Below, piece by piece: positions 8,527 through 15,049 of a stretch of DNA of 28,150 bases. Origin of the DNA: a virus (lineage: Duplodnaviria; Caudoviricetes); the IMG/VR virus record IMGVR_UViG_3300048854_000058, positions 1-28,150 of that record; one strand, 5' to 3'. Below the pieces are notes generated by a model that was not told the origin of the DNA, made no database searches, and saw only the letters and a program-made list of their open reading frames with translations. Both the position numbers and the translations under genes were made by a program. Position 1 is the stretch's first letter, and every line of letters starts with the position of its first letter.

Positions 8527-8546
8527 TGTCTCCAGTCGCCCGTCGA

Positions 8547-9083
8547 TCACGGTTCCGGTCGCGCAATGATCCCCTGATCCTGCAGTGCAGCCACATAGGC
8601 CTGCAACGCTTTCAGCTTGTCGATCTCGCGCTGGTCGTCCGCTGCTACCTGGACAACGCCTGTTGCAACCGTTGGGTCGAGGTCTGCGTAGGTGGCGCTT
8701 CCATCAGAGCTGCCGGCGGCGGCGGTGCCTTTACTACCGGCGGTGCCGGGCACGCAACCGGTAACGCGGACCCGCAGGCGCTCAGCGCCAGTAGCGAGCT
8801 GAGACTGGTAAGCAAGATTGTCTTTCGCATGGTTTTCCACCTCGGTGTTGAATTGCTGTTCGATCGTCGCGACGCGGCCCTCTGCGGCCTGCTGTTTCGA
8901 TAGCGCGGCCGCCAGCTGCTGCGCGGCTTCTGCATTGACCTTTGCGATGTCCGCCGCGTGCGCGGCGCGCTCGGTGGCCAGCTGCGCGCCGTAGTGGTTC
9001 GAGTCGAGCGCGTGCGTGCCGCCGGCGCCGATCGCGATACCGAGCAGCGCGGCGCCGAGGCCGGTGATGAGATAGGGGCTCAT
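8547..9083 (-). CDS. Rz: Inner-membrane spanin (Rz-like)
   Basis: N-terminal TM segment, long Ala/Gln coiled coil, RLRVRVTGC motif; last gene of the lysis cassette. Confidence 0.85.
   Translation of the reverse strand: MSPYLITGLGAALLGIAIGAGGTHALDSNHYGAQLATERAAHAADIAKVNAEAAQQLAAALSKQQAAEGRVATIEQQFNTEVENHAKDNLAYQSQLATGAERLRVRVTGCVPGTAGSKGTAAAGSSDGSATYADLDPTVATGVVQVAADDQREIDKLKALQAYVAALQDQGIIARPEP
8645..8830 (-). CDS. Rz1: Outer-membrane spanin lipoprotein (Rz1-like), fully embedded in Rz
   Basis: MRKTILLTSLSSLLALSAC lipobox, Pro-rich mature part, GAGGTG RBS; alternate frame inside Rz. Confidence 0.85.
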   Translation of the reverse strand: MRKTILLTSLSSLLALSACGSALPVACPAPPVVKAPPPPAALMEAPPTQTSTQRLQQALSR

Positions 9084-9454
9084 TCGTCGTCCATGTCAGG
9101 GAGGGGAACAATCTGGCCTGCGAGCGCGTGCGTGCTGTCGGCGAGAAACTGGATATGGCCACTGGTGATGAACGAGTGGCAACGGTGCAGCGGAATGTGA
9201 TCGTCTCCGACGCCATCCCCACCCCACCATGAATTGACGCTCGGCGTGAACGTCGGTCGTTCGAAGTCGCCGTTGAAGCCCCAATGCGGTTTGCCAGCAG
9301 CGTGCGGCGATTCTTCTGTCACGCCCGGCGGAAGCCAACCGACGTGCAGCACGCAGGGCATCGGCGAGCCGTCGCTGTATGTGCAACCGGGACAGTTAAA
9401 TTTGACGCCGTAGAACCGGCCCTCGCTGTCGTTGACGATCTTTACCTTTGGCAT
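9080..9454 (-). CDS. DUF6527-like Cys/His metal-binding protein (124 aa)
   Basis: FNCPGC, WGFNGDFERPTFTPSV, RCHSFITSGHIQF..HALAGQ motifs; GGAG RBS. Confidence 0.75.
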   Translation of the reverse strand: MPKVKIVNDSEGRFYGVKFNCPGCTYSDGSPMPCVLHVGWLPPGVTEESPHAAGKPHWGFNGDFERPTFTPSVNSWWGGDGVGDDHIPLHRCHSFITSGHIQFLADSTHALAGQIVPLPDMDDE

Positions 9455-9455
9455 G

Positions 9456-9968
9456 TCATTCTCCCAGGCACGCGGCCCGCTCGAGGTTGCGACGTTGGAC
9501 GATCCCACCGCAGCGGTTTGCCACGATCGCGCAGTCCTTGCCGGCAACGAACCGCCAGCGGTAAAACTGCTGGCACGCGGCGGGGAACTGCTTCTTTATG
9601 TACATCGCGCGCAGCGTCGAACCCTTGTAGTTCGCGAGGCCGGTGTTGTATGTGAGATCAATCACCGCGACCTTCTGGCCGTCGGTGAGCTCGTCGAATC
9701 CCGGCGTGATGCTGCGCACCGCTTCGGCATAGTCCGCGAGCCGGTCGCTAAGCATCGCCTTGCACTCGTTGAGCGTGTACCGGCGCATCTTGACGGTGGT
9801 GTCGCCGAAACAGACCGTCTGCACGTCGTGCGCGAGCGCATCGTTGTACGGCGTGAGCCTGACGCCCTCCTGCGCCGCGGTGAGGCCAATCAGAGTGCTC
9901 GCCGCGGCGGCGCCGATGACGGCCGCTAGCGTTCGCTTGCGCGGCGGCTGGCGAACGTCAGGCATCAT
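9456..9968 (-). CDS. Endolysin, GH24 lysozyme, probably SAR type
   Basis: EG..PYND..TVCFGDT catalytic pattern, YNTG, GIVQRR; basic N-terminus followed by an Ala/Gly-rich weakly hydrophobic segment. Confidence 0.9.
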   Translation of the reverse strand: MMPDVRQPPRKRTLAAVIGAAAASTLIGLTAAQEGVRLTPYNDALAHDVQTVCFGDTTVKMRRYTLNECKAMLSDRLADYAEAVRSITPGFDELTDGQKVAVIDLTYNTGLANYKGSTLRAMYIKKQFPAACQQFYRWRFVAGKDCAIVANRCGGIVQRRNLERAACLGE

Positions 9969-10188
9969 CTTTCTCCTGCAGCGCCGGCTGCGCGATGTAT
10001 GCGCCGGCCAGGCCGATCGCCGAGATACCCGCGCTGATCGTCAGCACCAGCCAGAGCGGCAAGCGGTCGACAAAGGCGCCGGGCAGCGCGGACCAGATGC
10101 CGGTGATCAGCGGCGTGACGGTGCCGATGATCAGCGCGCGCACGGAGTTGCGCTTGTGCGCGGTGCGCCAGTAGGAAACAAGGCTCAT
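9958..10188 (-). CDS. Holin/pinholin candidate (76 aa, 2 TM)
   Basis: Two hydrophobic segments and a charged C-tail; directly upstream of the endolysin. Confidence 0.7.
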   Translation of the reverse strand: MSLVSYWRTAHKRNSVRALIIGTVTPLITGIWSALPGAFVDRLPLWLVLTISAGISAIGLAGAYIAQPALQEKDDA

Positions 10189-10514
10189 GACATTACCTTC
10201 GATTTGAAAAAAGCCCAGACGGCGAGACCGATCATTACGATCAGTGCCCACAAACCTTTTTTCGCCAGTTCGGCACGCAGATCGTTGTAAAACTGCTCTC
10301 TCGCTTCGAGTTTTCGAATCAGGTTTTCGTGATATTTGCGATGGCTTATCCAGTCCCCGCCCGGAAAAGCATCGTGGAGATCGTCCACGCGCCGTATTAC
10401 CTCTTCGACTTTCTTGTCGGTCACGTCGAGACGCGTCACATTCTCGCTATGGCGCTCAGCCTGGTCTCTACCAAGCTCGCGTATTGATTCGACGACTTCT
10501 TTCCAACCGTCCAT
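10185..10514 (-). CDS. Lysis-associated membrane protein (coiled coil plus C-terminal TM); holin or antiholin candidate
   Basis: First gene of the lysis cassette; single C-terminal TM GLWALIVMIGLAVWAFF. Confidence 0.6.
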   Translation of the reverse strand: MDGWKEVVESIRELGRDQAERHSENVTRLDVTDKKVEEVIRRVDDLHDAFPGGDWISHRKYHENLIRKLEAREQFYNDLRAELAKKGLWALIVMIGLAVWAFFKSKVMS

Positions 10515-10706
10515 TAATGCCCCGGTGATTTTAAGAGATTAGCCGCCAAGAGAAATTCGGCATTATCTACGCCTATGACATCAGCGTCGTTTATCAGATG
10601 GACAGGATTATCCCGCAATTAATCCAATGATTTTCATCGGATTAAAACTGCGTGTTTTTGATAATCGGAGACCGCGCCACGGATGCGACCGGACGAAAAA
10701 TTGCTC

Positions 10707-10735
10707 TTGACGATGCGCCCCTTTGGGGCTAATCT
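10707..10735 (+). promoter_or_regulatory. Sigma70-type promoter with a palindromic operator in the spacer
   Basis: TTGACG-17 bp-TAATCT; GCCCC-TTT-GGGGC at 10717-10729. Confidence 0.75.
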
Positions 10736-10832
10736 GAGCGCGTTGGGTAGCGCGTCGCGCGGCCCGCCACCTCCGAAAGGATGACCATCATGAAGTACTC
10801 ATTTCGCGTGCGCGTTCTGCGCGCCATCAGCA

Positions 10833-11138
10833 ATGCCAATTCGCTACGTTCCACCCACGCCTCAAGCACTGCATGCTCAGAAAGAGCGTCTGAAGAAGAC
10901 CGGCGACCAGATGGCGGACATGTACGGGCTTGCGGGCAACAATCAGTGGCGCAAGTACACCGGCGGTCACGACCCGCGTCCCATGAGCCTTCCGATGTTG
11001 TTCCTCGCTGGCGCGCTCCAGAATCGCACCGCAACGGTCGAGGAAGTGTTCGAGTGGTGCCGCCGCGAGACCGGCGCGACCATCGATCTGGACGTGACGT
11101 CCGCCTCCCCGGCGCCCGATGGAGACCCGCAGCCGTAA
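10833..11138 (+). CDS. Small XRE/HTH-like transcriptional regulator
   Basis: KERLKKTGDQMADMYGLAGNNQWRKYTGG HTH-like pattern; first gene downstream of the operator-containing promoter; start uncertain. Confidence 0.7.
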   Translation: MPIRYVPPTPQALHAQKERLKKTGDQMADMYGLAGNNQWRKYTGGHDPRPMSLPMLFLAGALQNRTATVEEVFEWCRRETGATIDLDVTSASPAPDGDPQP

Positions 11139-11206
11139 CAGCGACGCGTGAGTGCGCGAACACTCGAGGCGTGCCGTGTATCATCTCGCGCTGGAATAAG
11201 AACAGC

Positions 11207-11953
11207 GTGAGAGAAAGCATGGCAAAGGGGTTATGCGTATCGGTTCTGGGGATGTTTGTGATGGCTTGCAGTGGATGCGGAGGTGGCGGAGGCGCCGCTA
11301 GTCCGACACCAATCGCCCAAGTCCAGCCCAAACCAGTCCTGATTGAAACTTACGGTGATTCAACGACAGTTGCCTGTACCGTGACGCCAGGGGTTCCTGC
11401 GACGGAAGCATGCCCCACGAACGGATACGGTGTTGCATCTACTACGGAGCCGCAGGCACTTCAAACCCTCCTGCAAAAATCCCTCGGGACAACCGTCACC
11501 GTTTCCAATAAGGGCGTAGCAAGCATCACCACAGATGATCTTCTCAATGGGACCGGCCGAGAAAACGGACGCACTTGGGAAGCATCCATGAGTGCGTCGA
11601 CGGCCCAGATCGTGACCATTAATACTGGCATCAACGACTCGGCATCTGAGGACTATGCTGCTGACTTGCGAAACCTTATCGCTATCGCAAAGGCGCACGG
11701 CAAAACAGTGATCATCTTTACGCCGAACCAGATCACGAATGTCAACGCGGCGGATCTCGCGTCACGACGTCAAACAATGCTCAGCGTTGCAGCGAGTCTC
11801 GGTGTTCCGGTATCAGACGACTTCGGTGCGCTAACCTTGGCTCAGTGGACACCGCTGCTGTCTGATGGCGTCCATCCGACTGCTCAAGGGTATCAGCAGA
11901 AGGCCCAGATAGAGGCCGCCATTCTGGAACCTATCGTCAAGACTTTTCAATAA
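11207..11953 (+). CDS. SGNH/GDSL hydrolase lipoprotein
   Basis: Blocks YGDST, NKGVAS, NTGIND, DGVHP; lipoprotein-like leader ..VMACSGCGGGGG; start GTG 11207 (by alignment with the next gene) or ATG 11219. Confidence 0.88.
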   Translation: MRESMAKGLCVSVLGMFVMACSGCGGGGGAASPTPIAQVQPKPVLIETYGDSTTVACTVTPGVPATEACPTNGYGVASTTEPQALQTLLQKSLGTTVTVSNKGVASITTDDLLNGTGRENGRTWEASMSASTAQIVTINTGINDSASEDYAADLRNLIAIAKAHGKTVIIFTPNQITNVNAADLASRRQTMLSVAASLGVPVSDDFGALTLAQWTPLLSDGVHPTAQGYQQKAQIEAAILEPIVKTFQ

Positions 11954-12009
11954 CACTCTCGCCCTAAGGCGACTGCATTTGTGCAGTGTAAATTTCGCGG
12001 AGCGAGAAA

Positions 12010-13071
12010 ATGCGGAGAATCATCGTGAAGGGAATTGCGGCGTCTTTTGCTGGGATGCTTTTAATGGCTTGTAGCGGATGTGGAGGCGGGGGTGGATCGT
12101 CTAGCACGCCGACGGCAAATGCGCCTTTGGTCGCTCAATCTGCACCTTCTCTCAACGTAATTTCAGTTGAGTCCAATCCCGTGATGACGGTGGGCGCCGC
12201 TGGTTCATGGGACTCAGATGATGTTCTGAACCCGTCTGTGATCGAATGGAACGGAAAGCTGCTGGATTACTACTCAGGGTTCGACGGCAACAAGTGGAGT
12301 ACCGGGCTCGCTACGTCGACGGATGGAGGTCTGACGTGGACTAAAAGTCCTATACCCCTGATCGTTCCTACGGTCTATCCGGCATCAGTCGACCCATACT
12401 TCGCGATTGCTGCTAATGGGGGAGCGGTTCTCTTCAACGGAACGATCTACAACTACTACAGCGAACAGCAACCCGATCGCAGCGGCCTATTACGCCTTGC
12501 GACGTCCACAGATGGAGTTAGCTTTGCGCCGACGAGCACTTACTTCGGATTCGGGTCTGCTGGCTCGTTTGATGATGCCGGTGCCGCCGATGCCTATCTC
12601 ACCGTGGCGAATGGCACGATGTACATGTACTACGAAGGGCTAAACTCGACGACGAAGAAACAGACCACGGGTGTTGCGACGTCAACGGACGGAAAGACCT
12701 GGACTCGCTACAAGTCAGCAGTCATTCCCCAAGGCGCCCAGAATGATTTTGATGAAGGCGCGCAGGGAGAACCTGCTGTCGTCTACACCGGAAAGTTCTG
12801 GTACATGCTGATTGTCGGCACGCGCAATGACGGAAGTCGTTCGATCGGGTGGGCATCCTCAACTGACGGCTTGCACTGGACGCTTCAGGCACAGTCGATA
12901 CTGACGCCAGATCAGGTGAAGCCGTGGTTCGACAAATCTATGATTGATCCCACCATCCTTCCAACTGGCAAGAATGACGGGACTTATTACGTATGGTTTG
13001 GTGGTGGTTCCGGAGCTGGTAACCAGAAAATCGCCGGCCAGATCGGCCGGATGACCATCAAATTAGACTAG
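12010..13071 (+). CDS. Beta-propeller glycoside-hydrolase-like lipoprotein (GH32/43/130-like fold)
   Basis: WDSDDVLNPSV, four (T/S)STDG.(T/H)W-type repeats, QGEPAV, MIDPTI; leader ..LMACSGCGGGGG. Confidence 0.75.
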   Translation: MRRIIVKGIAASFAGMLLMACSGCGGGGGSSSTPTANAPLVAQSAPSLNVISVESNPVMTVGAAGSWDSDDVLNPSVIEWNGKLLDYYSGFDGNKWSTGLATSTDGGLTWTKSPIPLIVPTVYPASVDPYFAIAANGGAVLFNGTIYNYYSEQQPDRSGLLRLATSTDGVSFAPTSTYFGFGSAGSFDDAGAADAYLTVANGTMYMYYEGLNSTTKKQTTGVATSTDGKTWTRYKSAVIPQGAQNDFDEGAQGEPAVVYTGKFWYMLIVGTRNDGSRSIGWASSTDGLHWTLQAQSILTPDQVKPWFDKSMIDPTILPTGKNDGTYYVWFGGGSGAGNQKIAGQIGRMTIKLD

Positions 13072-13092
13072 CTGTCGGACTTACTGCGCTCG

Positions 13093-13296
13093 CTAGATGA
13101 TTGCGGGCGCATCTGTCGCCGGTGCGACATAGCTGACTCCATCCGACGTGGTGTACCCCACACCAACCGGCGACCCTTCAGGCAGCAGGTTCACAGTCGA
13201 TCCAACCGGCGGAGTCCAATCTGCTTCGCCGTCCCACAAGATAACGTTCGTCACGATACCGCCCTCGACGATTGCATAGGTATTCACCATTTTCAC
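13093..13296 (-). CDS. Small tail-fibre-associated protein (assembly chaperone candidate)
   Basis: YAIVEGGIVTNVILWDG motif; directly after the tail fibre gene. Confidence 0.7.
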   Translation of the reverse strand: MKMVNTYAIVEGGIVTNVILWDGEADWTPPVGSTVNLLPEGSPVGVGYTTSDGVSYVAPATDAPAII

Positions 13297-13302
13297 TACC
13301 CC

Positions 13303-14358
13303 TTAAGCATATTCATAGACAAGCAGATAGCCTGGGCGACCCGGCTGACCTCCAACCCCCGAAGCGGTGTTTACGCCAGCACTTGCACCTGAGCCGCCGG
13401 CGCCGAAGCCGGTGGACGCCGTAAGTTGGTTAAAACCACCTTGACCATACGAGCTATCCGCACCAGCACTGGAAATAATGGTGATGGTAGTGGGACCAAT
13501 CCCTACCGTTGCGATCTTGCCCGCCTTGGCCACAAGCAAAGTTCCGGAACCTGTCACCTGTGCCGCTGGGTTAGCCAAAGAGGTAGCGACCGGAGGTACC
13601 GTAGATGAGGCGCCACCTAGACCACCCAAGCCACCGGCACAGATCATCAGCGAGCCGAAACTTGTCGAACCGCCCGCACCACCGGGATTGCTCCCCGCCG
13701 AGCCTGCCGAGCCTGCGGCACCGATCGTGACGGTCTGTGGAGAAAGACCCGACGCGATGAGCAGTTCTCCTTCGGCTCCAGCATTCCCGCCGGAACCTAG
13801 GGCGATCGTTGTGCTTGTAGTGGAAGGACACCCAGCGCCACCGCCGCCGGCTCCGACTGCTTTAACAATCGCTTTCGTTGCGGTCACTCCGTTGTACGTT
13901 CCCGGGGTGTAGGTCCCGCTCGCAGTGAACACCTGCACGCCAAGCAGCCGACCGGCCAATGGGTCAATCCAACCTGCTCCGCCCGTGTCAGGATTCGTTG
14001 CGTTGTTGTCGGCTGTGCTCATCCACAGACCGTTATTGCCTGCCTTTCCGAGGATGGCGCCCTTCGGATAGCCGCCGACATTTGTATCCGCCGCAAACGC
14101 GGCGTTGTAGCCAAATTGGCCGCCTGCGTGCTTCCAGCGGATCGTCTGCGTGATCAGGTTCAGCACGCCGTTAAAATCGGCGCCCGCCGGCGGCACGCCA
14201 CCCGCCGCAATCGGCGTGAATGTCAGCGGCGGAAAGCCATCGTTGAGCGACGCTGCGCCGGGCGTAACGCCGATCTGCGATGCTTCTGGAATCGTGTTCT
14301 TCGTGCCATTGGCGGCGAACGCGAGCGGGACGAGTGTTGGTGTTTGACTAGCTTGCAT
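13303..14358 (-). CDS. Tail fibre protein with Gly-rich C-terminal domain
   Basis: N-terminal ASLNDGFPPLT..GGVPP..DFNG..GGYPKGA baseplate-attachment region; QVFTASGTY..VGAGGGG Gly-rich domain. Confidence 0.85.
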   Translation of the reverse strand: MQASQTPTLVPLAFAANGTKNTIPEASQIGVTPGAASLNDGFPPLTFTPIAAGGVPPAGADFNGVLNLITQTIRWKHAGGQFGYNAAFAADTNVGGYPKGAILGKAGNNGLWMSTADNNATNPDTGGAGWIDPLAGRLLGVQVFTASGTYTPGTYNGVTATKAIVKAVGAGGGGAGCPSTTSTTIALGSGGNAGAEGELLIASGLSPQTVTIGAAGSAGSAGSNPGGAGGSTSFGSLMICAGGLGGLGGASSTVPPVATSLANPAAQVTGSGTLLVAKAGKIATVGIGPTTITIISSAGADSSYGQGGFNQLTASTGFGAGGSGASAGVNTASGVGGQPGRPGYLLVYEYA

Positions 14359-15019
14359 TTACCACTCCGGTGAAGAATGTGCCCTGCCCGAACGGTGCAG
14401 AGCTTGCGGAACCCGCTTCGGCAAAGCCAAAGACGTCGGGCAGTTGGACCTGCATGATCGAGGCGAGCACGCCCGTCGGTCGCGGCAACGCGCCGGACTG
14501 GGTCATGATCGCCATCTCGAATGGCTGCAGATAAAACTCGAACGTGTAGCGCATCTGCATGTTGCCGAGGTCGTTGACATAGCAGCGGCCGCGGCCCGCG
14601 AACAGGTTCTGGAGCAGGCGGTTATAGCTGGGGATCGAACCGTCGGTGATATTCGCCAGCGCCTTCACAAGAATCAGCGTTCGGAACGCATCGTTCGAAA
14701 GTGAGTAGTTCTGCGTGACAGGGTTTCCGGAATAGAAGGCGCCAGAGCCGAACGGCGTAGCGCTCGCATTGCCCGCTTCCTTGAACCCCAGATTTGTCTC
14801 GGCAGACGGTATCTTCAAGATCCGGCCGTTTTCGAGCCCGACAATTTTCCCCCAGATGTCGAGACCTTTATCGGTCGCAGTATCGACGTTCCAGATCAAA
14901 TCGTAAAACGAGTCAATATCGGCCGACGGGTCGATATAACCGTTCATGTTCTGAATCAGTTGAACGATCGTCGGACTGTTCGCATATTGACTGATAATCG
15001 TCTGCTCGACGTTATCCAT
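14348..15019 (-). CDS. Baseplate wedge protein (DUF2612-like)
   Basis: TIISQYANSP, LDIWGKIVG, LPRPTGV; position after baseplate J. Confidence 0.85.
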   Translation of the reverse strand: MDNVEQTIISQYANSPTIVQLIQNMNGYIDPSADIDSFYDLIWNVDTATDKGLDIWGKIVGLENGRILKIPSAETNLGFKEAGNASATPFGSGAFYSGNPVTQNYSLSNDAFRTLILVKALANITDGSIPSYNRLLQNLFAGRGRCYVNDLGNMQMRYTFEFYLQPFEMAIMTQSGALPRPTGVLASIMQVQLPDVFGFAEAGSASSAPFGQGTFFTGVVNAS

Positions 15020-15049
15020 AATCCGGCACCTGAAAATCCAATTCCAGAA

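Noticed and set aside
8347-8546. tRNA/tmRNA fragment, CRISPR mini-array, or the 8505-8903 ORF
   Set aside because: No T-arm or CCA end and no repeat-spacer periodicity; the ORF is antisense to the spanins.
10561-10666. Fur box
   Set aside because: GATAAT hexamers are present but not in the contiguous 19-bp arrangement.
10781-11953. 390-aa ORF as a single protein
   Set aside because: The first ~140 aa are low-complexity Arg/Pro/Ser sequence overlapping the HTH gene, and the signal peptide would be internal. The start at 11207/11219 is more plausible.
13093-14358. Tail fibre diversification by DGR or invertase
   Set aside because: No reverse transcriptase, template/variable repeat pair, invertase or flanking inverted repeats were seen in the window.
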